A DNA stretch of 64,000 nucleotides, taken from a virus. The stretch lies in the IMG/VR virus record IMGVR_UViG_3300017934_000005, positions 32,676 to 96,675 of that record, one strand, 5' to 3'. The position numbers and the translations under genes are program-made. Positions 1-11,375 of this stretch are shown here, piece after piece (within the stretch, counting starts at the first letter, position 1; each line of letters begins with the position of its first letter). Under the pieces are notes generated by a model. The model saw only the letters and a program-made list of their open reading frames with translations. It ran no database searches and was not told the origin of the DNA.

Positions 1-1
1 C

Positions 2-1894
2 GGCCAAGCCGATTTTTTACAGCGTAAGGAGCAAGAACAGAGAGCCAATATTCCTGTTGAACCTAGTGCGGCGAAACGATATATGAGCGGTTTGTACGCA
101 ACCACACTCGGCCCAATGGCAGGTATTGGTCGAGAACTGATGGAAAAGAATGGTGATCTAATTGCTCAGGCTGCGTCTGATTATCGAGCCGGCAATCATT
201 TGCGGGCCTTCACTAAGCTCGCTTCTCTTGCGGCACCTATTTCGCCGGAAAATCCAGAAATTCAGACTGCTTCAGGTGTCGTTCAGGGCGCGATAAAGTC
301 TATGAACGATGAGTGGGGTAGAGGCATTGCACTTGGTCACCAGGGACGATATTCAGAAGCCGCTGGTCATTTGCTTGCCAGCGTGATCCCGTTTATGGGT
401 CCTGCTGCGGCTCATGCCGGCGAGAGAATGGGCGAAGGTGATATTGCTGGTGGTTTGGGAGAGGCAACTGGATTGGTTTCAACCGCAGTGAGCCCGGAAG
501 CAGCAGCTAGGGTTGTGCCAACTGTGGCTCGGGCTGCAGCTAGAGTTACGCCTGGGGCCGTTTCTGAGGCTTTAGAGCGTTCGGCTGAAGCACGCGAGGC
601 TGCTCGGGCTGCAGAGGCTGTGGAGGAGAAACCCGCTGTTGCAGGCAAGATTATCCAGGAAACCGATCCGAAGAGACTTACGGCCACAACGCGAGCCTTG
701 GGTGCTGTGGATACAACCGGTGTTAAGACTTACTCAGATTTGGCAGATACATTGGATGCCAAGATCAAGGAGAATGTGGCTAAGGTTGACGCGGCTCTTG
801 AGCCTAAAACTGGTGCGCCGCTTCCTGTCTTCAAGGGCACCGATCTAGATCGTACAATTCCAGTGGAAGGAGCCACGCCGCGAGTTGTAAATCCAGTCCG
901 AGATGCTTTGACTCAGATGCGGGATTTTTATGAAAAGACCAATGATGACGCTGAAGCCGCTCGCGTTGAAGGTTTGCAGAATAAGTTTGAGAGAACCGGA
1001 CTTTCACTCAAGGAAATTAACGATGTCGCCAGAGAGCATGGTTCGGAGCTTAGTGCTTTTAGTCCTGTGACCGGAGAATTAGCATCCGGCTTAGGCAGAC
1101 AGGCTGCAGAGAACACTCGCGCTGGTGTCAAGGATGTTATCCATAGATTTACTGATGATAAGACACGAGCCCTGGATGCTCAGACAAGTGATTTGATCAC
1201 AGCTAAAGACTTGACTCGGGATATGGAGCAACAGGTTCTTAAGTTGGAACAGAAAATTCAAGAAGCCGGCTGGGGTCAAAGATTAGCTAAATTTGTAAAG
1301 AGAACCGGTCCCGGTATGGCGGGTGGTCTACTTGCCGGTCCAATTTTAGGTATGGGCCATGTGGCTGGAGCGCTTACAGGCGGTATCTTGAATATGGTTA
1401 TCGAAGGTATGCTGGATAAGACTGGTAATCTGAATGCGGTTAAGTTACAAGCTAGATTACCAAAACTCTTGGGAGAGTTTCGGCGATTGAATGCATTGTC
1501 GCCTGAAAAGGCTCTGAGAGAATTACCGAAGGTTATTCAGGGTCCTAGTCCAGAGCCTCCTAAGGGTCCTACTCCAACCCCAACACCCGGAGGCGGCGCT
1601 GCTCCTGCCGCTCCTGCGGCCGAAGAAGAACCTGAAATTGAAATAGTTGAACCGGGAAGAGTAACGCTTGGTGGTAGTGGCGAGAGTGCTGCGTCTCAAG
1701 AAGCTATCAGTAGGCTCCGGGCTGAAGCAGGCAGGGGTATTAAGCGTTTCCGAGTCGATACGCGGTCGGGAAATCGGGTTCCACTGATTGGTGTGGATGC
1801 TATCGACGCTAAGCCCGGACCCTACGATAGAATCATAATGCGTGATGCCGAAGGACGCGAAGTCACTTTGGATCGTGGTCAGAAAGCTGCTTAA
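2..1894 (+). CDS. Large Ala/Gly-rich probable virion/ejection protein (5'-truncated by window edge)
   Basis: Frame is open from nt 2 through the 603-aa ORF. Ala/Gly-rich helical repeats, a Gly-rich hydrophobic segment and a Pro/Ala/Glu linker. It is the only long, plausibly real + strand gene and converges with the - strand block at 1894/1901. Confidence 0.5.
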   Translation, partial: GQADFLQRKEQEQRANIPVEPSAAKRYMSGLYATTLGPMAGIGRELMEKNGDLIAQAASDYRAGNHLRAFTKLASLAAPISPENPEIQTASGVVQGAIKSMNDEWGRGIALGHQGRYSEAAGHLLASVIPFMGPAAAHAGERMGEGDIAGGLGEATGLVSTAVSPEAAARVVPTVARAAARVTPGAVSEALERSAEAREAARAAEAVEEKPAVAGKIIQETDPKRLTATTRALGAVDTTGVKTYSDLADTLDAKIKENVAKVDAALEPKTGAPLPVFKGTDLDRTIPVEGATPRVVNPVRDALTQMRDFYEKTNDDAEAARVEGLQNKFERTGLSLKEINDVAREHGSELSAFSPVTGELASGLGRQAAENTRAGVKDVIHRFTDDKTRALDAQTSDLITAKDLTRDMEQQVLKLEQKIQEAGWGQRLAKFVKRTGPGMAGGLLAGPILGMGHVAGALTGGILNMVIEGMLDKTGNLNAVKLQARLPKLLGEFRRLNALSPEKALRELPKVIQGPSPEPPKGPTPTPTPGGGAAPAAPAAEEEPEIEIVEPGRVTLGGSGESAASQEAISRLRAEAGRGIKRFRVDTRSGNRVPLIGVDAIDAKPGPYDRIIMRDAEGREVTLDRGQKAA

Positions 1895-2779
1895 TGATTG
1901 TCATAAGTTGTGTGCAGCGGCGGTTCCTAGACCAAGAATTTTTCCTGCTACACACATCTTGTTAAATAATTCTTTGCACTCTTTTTCGGCGAGTGAAAAA
2001 ATCGCACCGGAGGAGAGATAGATTGTATGGTCAGTGTCATTGATGGCTACAAGATTTTCCAAGTTAAAATAGAAGAGTTGGCCATCCGAGTTTCGTGTTT
2101 GGATAAACATTAGCGAGTGACACCGACAGTGACGGTTTCTTTTTCTCCGGTCCCGCCTTCGACAGGTTTGTTCTCTTTGGAGGCTTCGGGATTATATCCT
2201 TCCCACATCGCGTCCCATTTTTCTTGACTCACGGCTTCGCCCATCGGCCTGAACTGAGCCCGACTCGCACCAGACGCTAATCGATCACCGCCGCCGTTCT
2301 GTAATTGCATTTTAATCCTCCCTTATTGTGTCAAGACTTACTTCTGCGATCTGATCCCCATCAAACCAGGTCAAGTATCCACAATCCACAGCCCAGAATC
2401 CGTTTCTTTTCATAGCTGCGATATCACTAGTTGCGTGATCCACGCTTACCTGCGTTCTTACCAGGCGAGGCATACAACCAGGTGGACACTTGAGCATCAC
2501 ATAGGCTCGAATTGGAAGTTCGTGTAACCCCAATTGTCTGCGAAGTCGAGCCTCCATCATCATCGGAGACTGAAGGAACCTATCGAAGTTTTTACGGTAA
2601 ATTTCTTCGCAGGCTATGCACTGCTCCTGAAGGATGTTATGTGGACATAGGGTCCGCTGGCGTTCCTCTTCCAGCAGACGATCTAGTAGCTTCTCCTCGT
2701 GTTCCTTCCTGATTTTCTGCTGCAGCAACTTGCGTCTGTGTCTTGCGGCGTTCATGGGCCTCTTTTGCGATTCGAAGTG

Positions 2780-3028
2780 TCATGTTTTCGGTCCTACTTT
2801 CAAAGCTTCCAAATCAAAATGTGAGACATATTCCTCGATGAATTTTTCTGCGCCTCCGCCTCGCCTTTCCGGGATGACCCACTCGTAAGCAACGAATTCT
2901 TTGTTATCGAGAGTGATTACTTCCGCCTTAGTAATAAGTACACATTCACCAGCAAATTGGTTCCAAGGCCACTCTGTAATTCGAACCATATCACCGGGTT
3001 TGTACAATGGTGTCAATTGGTCCACCAA
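2780..3028 (-). CDS. Small KOW/SH3-like hypothetical protein
   Basis: YKPGDMVRI motif; packed in operon. Confidence 0.4.
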   Translation of the reverse strand: MVDQLTPLYKPGDMVRITEWPWNQFAGECVLITKAEVITLDNKEFVAYEWVIPERRGGGAEKFIEEYVSHFDLEALKVGPKT

Positions 3029-3714
3029 CTCAGTGCTTTCTGTGTTGCGAGTTTGATTTCAGCCGGCGTAGCTGTTCGAGGAGCAGCATCAACCCAGTCT
3101 CCGTCGCCGCGCCAGAAAATGCGGGCATGTTCGCGGTCGGGAGTGAAAGTACGGGTCACGATTGTGATGGTGCCGTCGAGCGGAAAACTTTCGTGAATTT
3201 CATCCTTGTACTGCATGTAATTGCTTCCGGCTCTGTATTCTTCTTCAACGGCGCATTCTACACAAACTTTTTTAGAGTCCTCTGTTTTGAAAGCGCCTTC
3301 TCCGCATTTAATTGTGGCGGTATTGAATAATTCGATCAGGCCAGCATCTCGGCCGGCTCGAAAGGTTGAATTATCTTCCGTAATTGGTTGACCGAAGAAA
3401 TCCTTATCCAAGATTGTATAGCGTCTTTGCCTGTAGACGCCGGCAATGACTTGGGAATAGAGATGCCAGGGATGATCATGGATTGGCGATACACCAGGAA
3501 TCTTGAAATCGGAAATCCAGATGTGGAGTCGAACTGCGTCATTTAGATAGGTTCGAATCATGCCGAGTCCCTGTACGGACCACTTCAGATCGTAAGGGCT
3601 CTTGAGAACGGTTTCGACCAAGAGTCGAATCAGGTCAAACTCTTTGGTGAAGTTAGGTCTACTGACATTTGTGATGATTCGAGGACAACTTAACTCTAGG
3701 GGTTCTGTACTCAC
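3013..3714 (-). CDS. Cupin-fold (cysteine dioxygenase-like) protein
   Basis: RLHIW...IHDHPW...SQVIAG and distal EIHES metal-binding His pattern. Confidence 0.55.
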   Translation of the reverse strand: MSTEPLELSCPRIITNVSRPNFTKEFDLIRLLVETVLKSPYDLKWSVQGLGMIRTYLNDAVRLHIWISDFKIPGVSPIHDHPWHLYSQVIAGVYRQRRYTILDKDFFGQPITEDNSTFRAGRDAGLIELFNTATIKCGEGAFKTEDSKKVCVECAVEEEYRAGSNYMQYKDEIHESFPLDGTITIVTRTFTPDREHARIFWRGDGDWVDAAPRTATPAEIKLATQKALSWWTN

Positions 3715-5075
3715 TCTTCCTCCGAGATGTAAGACTCTACCGAAACGGTCTCCGGCACTTGCCCGAGTTGTTCTTTCTTCCTGGCATTGATATGTTGTAA
3801 CTTCTCCTTGGCTTCGGTCGAGATTGCCTTGCCAGGAATGACGGCAATCCGGTAATACTTCTCGATGAGTCGTCCTTTGTCAATCCAGTCCGTGATCAAC
3901 TTGATGGCTTCGTGCTTGTTGTATTCTCCGAACGGGGCTTCATTGTTAGCCTGTATGCGAGCCCCATGACGATACGCCGGCCAGTTATCTAGAGTCTTGA
4001 CCCAACCTTCGGGCTTACGTTCCCAGACTATTCCCTCTGTGATCATTTAACTAGTGGCAAGGGAATCAGAGTCCCGACTAAACTGCCGCCTGCAAATGCG
4101 ATAACGAATCCTATATAAGAATGAAATGACGAGGCTGTGGTTAGGAATAATATCGCCGCAAATGCAGCGGATAGTCGAATAAGTTTGTTTTTCATTGCTT
4201 TTCTAACTCCTCTTTCCCCTTCACAGCCCATTGAGTGGGCGCAAAGGTGACTTTGCGGTTCTGGGTATCCTTCGTGGCTCTATCCACAGCATCTGCGGCG
4301 CTATCGGCCGGCACCGTGATTTTCTCTTTGTGAACGAGTGTGACTTCGTATAGATTCGGCATGGTTCTCCTTTTTTAGACTAACATTCCAACCAAAATAC
4401 CGCCTATCACAGCTAAAACGGTTGCTGCTACCTTATCGTGAGTTATCCCCGCCACAGTTAAACAGGGTATTGATGTAAGAGCTACAAATATCCTTATGGT
4501 TTTAGAACGGATCATTTGATCACCTTGATGGCGGTGATTTCGAATTCGAACAAACGGCTTTTAATGTCTTCTGTTAGGGGCTGAACTTTGCCCATGATAT
4601 CGTTAATCAAAGCTTCTGGTGTCGGTCTAGCGCCGTTGTTTGGATGGAAATCTCGTTCGAGTTCGATTGTGACCTTCATTTTTTCCTCCCGAGTGCGTTT
4701 GCGATCTGAATTGCTTTAGCGTAAACTTGTACAGCGTAGCGTGCATCCGATATACCGGGTTGTCGGTATATCATGATCGGAGGAGTCATTAGTACGTTAA
4801 AAATTTTCCGGGTTTTTGCCATGTGTTTGTTGACACGTTTTTCTATTTCAGACCCGCTTCCGATGCCTCCGCGTTCTCTGCTCACGTTCCTACCCCATTC
4901 AGCCAGGCGATGGCGGTTTCAGTTTCGTATTCCCAATCCTTGTAACGCTCTAGGGCATCTCGGGTGTCGTGATCGAACGGCATCCGGCGAAGTTGTTGCT
5001 CCGCCCTAGCGATAGCGTCTCTGGCATTACTCAAGCTGGTATCCAAGAGCTTGCGGATTACGTCTCGTGGATTTT

Positions 5076-5972
5076 TCATACTGGTAACTCGAATCCCAGG
5101 CCGGCTTTCTCGGCCCATTGTTTACGAGCGATCAGGTTGTTTTCAAACTTCACATATCGGCCGGCGACTCCGGGGATCGAGTGGCCGAGCCAATAAGAGC
5201 TTAGACCCTGGGGTACATTCTGGGACTCCAGGTGCGTGCGGCGAAAGCGACGGAATGCATGGAACCCGGTATTAAGCCCGGCACGATCCTGGAGATGGTT
5301 GTAGGCAGTGCGTTCGTCTACCGGGAAGAGTCGCCCTTCGCGCCAGATCACTTCTTTGTTCAGGTAGGCGTTCAGAACCGGGTCTAGGTCCACTTGCCGG
5401 TAGCCGGCTTCAGTCTTGGGGCTATCCTGAATCTTGCCGTCCACCAGGGTAGAATTTACACGGATAATAGCCTGGTCTCGATCCCAGTCCTGGGCTTGGA
5501 GCGCCAAGGCTTCTCCGACGCGGAGCCCGGAGCCGGCCAGGAGTGCCAGGAAGCCGTGGATATAGCTCCCGAAGTGCTGAGCCCGGCTAATAGCCTCTTG
5601 GAGCCCTTCCCGGCCTATTGTAGGGGCGTTGACATCCTCATCCCGGACCACAGGAAGGTCGATAAATTCATTGTTCCAGGTCCGGGGATATAGTTGGTTC
5701 CCGTTGGGGTCTACGGCCGAGGCCACAATCTTCTTCACGAGTCCCACCACAGCCGTGACCGTGGTGGGTGCCAGGCGCGGATGAATCTGGGCCACGAATG
5801 CTTTCAAGGTGCCGTTTTCGACATCCTTGAGATTCGCTTTACCCAGGTACGGCAGAACCCAGTTGTCCAGATAGCTCCGATAGGCTTTGATCGTCTTGGC
5901 CTTGGCGGGCTCACGGCGACGGGTCTGAATCTGGTCCATGAAGACCTGAGCTTGTTCACTCATCCGTATCAT
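5076..5972 (-). CDS. int: Tyrosine recombinase/integrase
   Basis: LAGSGLRVGE (R), PKT (K), HAFRR (HxxR), LGH, C-terminal RY; N-terminal SAM-like core-binding region. Confidence 0.9.
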   Translation of the reverse strand: MIRMSEQAQVFMDQIQTRRREPAKAKTIKAYRSYLDNWVLPYLGKANLKDVENGTLKAFVAQIHPRLAPTTVTAVVGLVKKIVASAVDPNGNQLYPRTWNNEFIDLPVVRDEDVNAPTIGREGLQEAISRAQHFGSYIHGFLALLAGSGLRVGEALALQAQDWDRDQAIIRVNSTLVDGKIQDSPKTEAGYRQVDLDPVLNAYLNKEVIWREGRLFPVDERTAYNHLQDRAGLNTGFHAFRRFRRTHLESQNVPQGLSSYWLGHSIPGVAGRYVKFENNLIARKQWAEKAGLGFELPV

Positions 5973-5978
5973 GGCTAT

Positions 5979-6007
5979 AAATTACCAGATTCGCTGGACG
6001 TTGTCAA
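5979..6007 (-). promoter_or_regulatory. Sigma70-type promoter for integrase
   Basis: TTGACA-17 bp-TAATTT with TGG before -10; A-tract upstream. Confidence 0.75.
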
Positions 6008-6356
6008 GAACTTTTTTTCCAAGTCAGCGTTGTTGGACAGGGAACGAATAGATACTGTGCAAGCATTGTTCGCGCTCGGCTTCGAGGCTTCGGCCAGTAG
6101 GATTTAACTTGAACGACAGCGAGAACGTATTTTTTCTTTGCAGTACGTTGAAATTTTTCCGCATCCGGCCGTGTAGAGAAGAATTGAAATCCAGCACGAT
6201 ATCGTCGCTGATTTGAGGCTCCTGGATTATGAACCCAGCGCATCTTTGCTTTGAGCCAAGTATTTCGTGGCACAAGTGTACTACCTTCGTGGGCATGATA
6301 GAGAAATTGAAGAGAGCCCCTTTGATGAATGCGAAAAAGTTTATAAGCAGTCACGT

Positions 6357-6749
6357 TTAATTTCCGGTCGCATCCGGCTCGGGCTCAATAAAGTAGGTGT
6401 CATGAATCTTGAGTCCAATCGGCCGATTGATGTTCTCGACTTGGCCGAGTCTTTGGGAACGATCCAGGTATTTTGCCATCTTGCGCCGTTTCGCGTTCTT
6501 GGCCTCCAGAAGTTCCCAGGGACTGATTTCAGGAAGTTCACCAATGTCTGTGAGAACGTCTAGGACTCCGAGCAAGTCATTGACTTCGGCTCGAAGTTTT
6601 TCTGCGTTACTCGGAGCTTCGAAGTTTTCTCCTGCGCCTTTTAGCCAGCGGCAGTCCTTGCCAAACTGCATCTGTTTCGAAATTACCTGAGAAATTTCAG
6701 CGCATTCTTCCGCGAGCTTGTTCAAGTAATACTGACGAATTGTCATCAT
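6357..6749 (-). CDS. MazG-like NTP pyrophosphohydrolase
   Basis: KLAEECAE...LRAEVNDL acidic helical motifs. Confidence 0.65.
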   Translation of the reverse strand: MMTIRQYYLNKLAEECAEISQVISKQMQFGKDCRWLKGAGENFEAPSNAEKLRAEVNDLLGVLDVLTDIGELPEISPWELLEAKNAKRRKMAKYLDRSQRLGQVENINRPIGLKIHDTYFIEPEPDATGN

Positions 6750-7498
6750 GATACTCTCACCAGGATCGCGGTCGCGTTGTCGTTAGTAGGAGTTCGTGTG
6801 GCACGAGTCACGAGTTCAGGAGCTTCGGCTCCGGCATCGATGAGGCCGGCGATTACGTCTCCCTCGCTAATGTTGTGATGGCTCGGATCAAGGACTCCAT
6901 CCGAGGCCACTAGCGCCCAATCTCCGTACTCACCGAACGGAAGGGAACGAATCTCAGGCTCGTGGCTGAGAAATTTTAGGTTAGTGTCGCCTAAGGCTCT
7001 AGTCATTTGCAGACCAGGACTATAGTCATCGGGATACATGCCAGTATGGAGGGGTTGACAAACGTAGCCGCCTTGATAGATTGCACCACGCATGACCGCA
7101 TCTTCGCGTTCCTCCGGGTTAGAACGTGCGTTATGATCGGGTCCGATGAAAATCTCGTTGCCCGACTTCACGATCACAGGACTGTCGCCCAAGACCGCGA
7201 CGAAGATCAATGGCGCAGATTTGGGCAAATAGATCAGGGAGAGAGTGGTTCCGGCCTCCATCTCACAGGTCTGCAGATCGAGGCTGTGGTAGAGTTCTCT
7301 GATCTGGGTCTCCGGGTTCGGGTTGTCATGGAGAATCCATTTTTGGTGAATCCAGTTCTTAATCTCTTTACTGGCAGCGTCACCGCCGTGGCCGTCTGCA
7401 ACCCACACAAGCGTGCCGGTATAGAATTCTTCGATCCCAAATGTGTCTTCTTGATATTCCCGATGACCCTGGGCTTGAGCTTGACTATAGATTTTCAC
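6746..7498 (-). CDS. PP2C-family Ser/Thr protein phosphatase
   Basis: REYQED, VADGHGG, GTT, LGDS, TRALGD, ASDG, DNAT motifs. Confidence 0.9.
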   Translation of the reverse strand: MKIYSQAQAQGHREYQEDTFGIEEFYTGTLVWVADGHGGDAASKEIKNWIHQKWILHDNPNPETQIRELYHSLDLQTCEMEAGTTLSLIYLPKSAPLIFVAVLGDSPVIVKSGNEIFIGPDHNARSNPEEREDAVMRGAIYQGGYVCQPLHTGMYPDDYSPGLQMTRALGDTNLKFLSHEPEIRSLPFGEYGDWALVASDGVLDPSHHNISEGDVIAGLIDAGAEAPELVTRATRTPTNDNATAILVRVS

Positions 7499-8720
7499 GG
7501 GGTTCTGCCTTGTCTAGGTTAAAACGGTCATTATCGATTTCGACTATTTGTCCGATTCGTGCCATGTATTTTCCAGTAGGAAGCAGGGCTCCGTTCATTT
7601 TTCGAAACATTATTTTGTAGATGGGTCCTCGCTTCCTCAGAATCATTTTGATGTCAATCACTTCGGGGTTCTTCTTGTCCTTCTCTTCTTGGTAACGATT
7701 CGCGCAAGGTTTGCCCTCGTTGCGGCCGAAGAAACCATCGCCACATCCGCAATAGATACACAGATCATACATGCCTCCGAAGGCGTGGGGATACTTTTTG
7801 CGTTCCTCGGCCTCGCAGTTAGCAGCCAGGATCGCTTCTCTGGTAGCTACCCAAGTCTTGAATTCCTTATATTCATTGTGATCCAGGTTCATGATAACCT
7901 TGGCGAAGAAACCGAATTCTGTTGCTATACTTCCGTCATAGTGATAGGTGTGAAAATTTGTAATTCCATCATGTTGTTGCGATGCCATAACTCTCCTTTA
8001 CTTTCTTCATGATTTCGATAGAGACGTACTCAGGAAGCAAGGCTTCCTCGTTAATCTCATGCTCCTCAAATTTGCCAAAGTCGCCAGCAACCTTGAGTTG
8101 ATTCTTGACTTCCTGGACGAAGTCATCGAGCCACTCATTCACGACTCGAACTTGAGCTTCCAGGCTTCCGTTTGTGACGTGACCGTCATACTTAATGCCG
8201 GCTCTATGAAGTTCTTCGCTCAGGTTCATTTTTCATACCCAGTAGTTCTCGGGCAATCCCACACCAACAATTACAGTATGGATCGTTGGTTCCAAAATAG
8301 CCTTCTGCCATCGGACATGAATAGAATCCGTCTTCGCAGTCACTGTGATGTTCTGCAATTCGTTGGACGAAAGCAACTAAGTTGTCAAAATTCTCTCGGG
8401 TGAATTCCATTATTTTGTCAAGTTCTTCAACGGAACGAAGTCCGGGCAGTTCCGAGCACTGGTAAGCATTTTTCCAAATTCTTCCTGACTCGTGTGGTAG
8501 GCGCTAAATTCCCAATGATTTTTTGAACAATCTATGTAGAAGTTTGAACCAGGTGTCCATTCGCTATAGCCTGGCGAGGCTTCTCTATAGTAAAAGTGCT
8601 GACAAAACCAGCATAGCTTGTTTTCAGGTTTGATTTCGACTATTTCATTATTGGTTTTGCAATCTGGACAGATTTTCCCCGGCCACATCCTTCCGCAGTG
8701 TGTACATCTTTTGTGTTCGC

Positions 8721-9005
8721 TCATTTTTTGTTTCCCCAGACCACGATCTTTTCTCCGAAGTAGAGCATCATGGCGAAGTAGGCTGCGTTTGCTACCATAC
8801 GGGGAATCTCACCTACCAGGGATACATTCTGGTTCAAGTGGATGTAGAAATAAATTCGCCACACAGACAGGAAGAGCCAGAAGAAATTCGTGATCAGGGA
8901 CTCTCCGTAGTAGCCCCGAGCTTTCCAGAGTACACGGACGTTATACCAGACTGCGAGTCCAGTCAAAGATTCCAGAATGCCATTGGCGATGTCTTGCCAA
9001 TTCAT
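8721..9005 (-). CDS. Small 3-TM membrane protein, PQ-loop/SemiSWEET-like
   Basis: Three hydrophobic helices, with a G-x-S loop after helix 1. Confidence 0.4.
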   Translation of the reverse strand: MNWQDIANGILESLTGLAVWYNVRVLWKARGYYGESLITNFFWLFLSVWRIYFYIHLNQNVSLVGEIPRMVANAAYFAMMLYFGEKIVVWGNKK

Positions 9006-9210
9006 AATTTTTCCAAAAACTCCTGGACTATCTGGTCGATGCTGTGGGGTCCGTTACCAAAGTCCAAAGCCGCTAGAGTCCGAGCGGAAGCAGCATGGTA
9101 TTTAGCTTTTTCTTCATCATTGCGAGCTAATTCATAACCAGCCAACACAACATGGTGAAACACAAAGTGTGGTTGGTCTCGCATTGCTTTTTCCACGAGT
9201 GCAACTGGTG

Positions 9211-9714
9211 TCAGCATTTCAAATCACGAATGTCACTTGCAATCTCTTCGATTTCACAACCCAGTTTAATATTAAGTAGAGAACCGCAACGTCTGGAATG
9301 CAGTCCTTTTTTCTCAACAATCAGTGCTGCCGTTTCTAATTTTTGGTTGGAGGAGCAGGACTGCGGGAACCCGCTTCCTCCAACCCCCGCAGGTGGTTCC
9401 GGCCGGAGTTGAGAGACCCACTTTTGTCCGGGTAGGACGTAAAGCGGCGTGCTCCAGTGAAGAGACAGCGCCAGAATTACGTAATCAGGATGCAGAACGT
9501 GCTGTAATGCGTGGTCAATTTCGCCGAGTATGTAGGTTATCCTAGCATACTGGAACCGGCCGGAATATTGTTCTGTCTGCGGATCATACTCACGCAAGAA
9601 CAGGAAGTCGCCGAGCTTGAAGTCGCGGTCATTCACGCGAAGCTCGAAGGTCTTTTCACCACTGATGACTCGGGTGAAGAACTGAGGCCAGCTTTTAAGT
9701 TCGTGTATTTTCAT
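9211..9714 (-). CDS. ASCH/PUA-like (DUF3850-type) protein
   Basis: HELKSWPQFF...GEKTFELRVNDRDFKLGDFLFLREY. Confidence 0.85.
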   Translation of the reverse strand: MKIHELKSWPQFFTRVISGEKTFELRVNDRDFKLGDFLFLREYDPQTEQYSGRFQYARITYILGEIDHALQHVLHPDYVILALSLHWSTPLYVLPGQKWVSQLRPEPPAGVGGSGFPQSCSSNQKLETAALIVEKKGLHSRRCGSLLNIKLGCEIEEIASDIRDLKC

Positions 9715-10994
9715 TTAGATGTCCTCAGCAATGCGTTCTTCGCATTCGTCACAGACAAAGATTTCAATTTCTTCTCCATCTACATCTTGAGCGTAAGGGT
9801 CTAATCTCCAACGAGTGCTGTCTTTTTCTTCGTGACAGTAATCACAAACGCTCATTGAGGCGGCTCCGGTACCGTCCTGTTCAGAGTGGCGAGACTGATA
9901 CTGTCTTGTCTTGCTCTATACTCTTCATGGTCTTTCCGAATCTTTTGGTCTTGTAACTCCATCCTGGCATCTCTTAACCCGAGTTCGAAGTAGTAGTCCA
10001 ACCAAGCCAGATAGGATTTTCTCACGACTCGATCCGGTAGTGTCTTAGCCCAGGCTCGAATTGTGTCTATTTTTGCCTGCTCCGCATCCAGAATTGGATT
10101 CCAGTGGTCTGGGTTGTAGTTATGACTGAGCCAAATCTCCAGATCGTTGATATGCCGTAGTCGGGACTGCAGGGCGTGCAGCACTTTCCGGTCTAGGGCT
10201 TCGTACTCGATGCTGCCCTCTTTGAGTTCTTTAACTTCTTTCTCAAGACGAGCCGCTACCTTCTCCATTCGAACTGGTTTCTTCCACCAATTCTTGAAAC
10301 GTTTGATGAATGTCATTACTTTATATCCATTTTACAAACAGCGGCCCATCCTAGCAATCCAAGAAAGAAACAAATGAGTTCGATGTAGGACTTCTGGGTT
10401 CCAACCGCGAGCCCCCAGCCGGCTCCGATGAAGATTGCGTATCCATAAACAACCTTCATATTACAAATCTCCAGTAGAGATAGGCGTCAAAGACAAAAAG
10501 CGCCAGATCAAGAAGAACCATGCCTGTGATCGTGACTCTCATCCTCGTAATGATGCTCTCCATGCATTTGTCTCTTGCGTTAGGAAAGCTTGAATGAGTT
10601 GTAAACAAGACGAATCCCACAGTGTTGTGTCGGCCGGGAAGAACACATATTTTCTCCATCCCGGCCAAAAACGTATTTCGCCGAGACGTTCTTGACTCTC
10701 TCGATGCCGTATAGTCCAGGTCCTGGTTTTACGCGACGGATCGTGTGACTCCACGAATTCAATATAGGTCTTAGTGTCCACGTCTCCCCCAAGTGAATGT
10801 GATTCCCATGGCGATGTTTTTATTCTTGGCCCCAGCCGTTGGAATCAAGTTTAGCCAGATCGCCTCTGGTGCGATCCTGGGCACGTCGAGTTGATGACCA
10901 CCCCGATCTGGCAACCTGAGGGTTGCAACCTGGGGAGGAAACACGGCTCCCAACGGAGTCGCAAAACTGAAAGACAGCACGAGTGAGGCTAAGA

Positions 10995-11375
10995 TCATTC
11001 GCTCACCTTAATATCAAAGGTTCCGAACGGCAACCAGATCGCTCCGGGCATGATGTCTTGCAAATTCTTGGCTCCGCTTGGATTCAGAGAGTGGATTACG
11101 ACTCGTTTCCCCACATTCGGGTCTCGTTCTACCAGATACTTCGCCACGTCCGTGCTGAAAGGCGGCATATAAGGTGCGCCTCCCAGATCGTGATCGAAGA
11201 AAAACAGATCGAAATAACCAGTACCAAGAGATTTGAAAGTCTGAATCGCCTGTTCTGGCGAATCGGTGTGACCCAACAGCCTGATTCCAAGTCGATCCTG
11301 AAACCACCTGATCCGTTCCGGGTTATCCTCAATCAGGAAAACAGTCGCGTTCTTAGGGACAGTAATAAGTGCCAA
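10995..11375 (-). CDS. Cyclic-phosphate-processing receiver-domain protein
   Basis: FLIEDNPER...FFDHDLGG...VIHSLNPSG signature. Confidence 0.8.
   Translation of the reverse strand: MALITVPKNATVFLIEDNPERIRWFQDRLGIRLLGHTDSPEQAIQTFKSLGTGYFDLFFFDHDLGGAPYMPPFSTDVAKYLVERDPNVGKRVVIHSLNPSGAKNLQDIMPGAIWLPFGTFDIKVSE

Noticed and set aside
6002-6025. Fourth IS insertion or scar at the integrase promoter
   Set aside because: An A-tract is present upstream of TTGACA, but there is no TIR or duplication and the register differs; treated as an unoccupied promoter.
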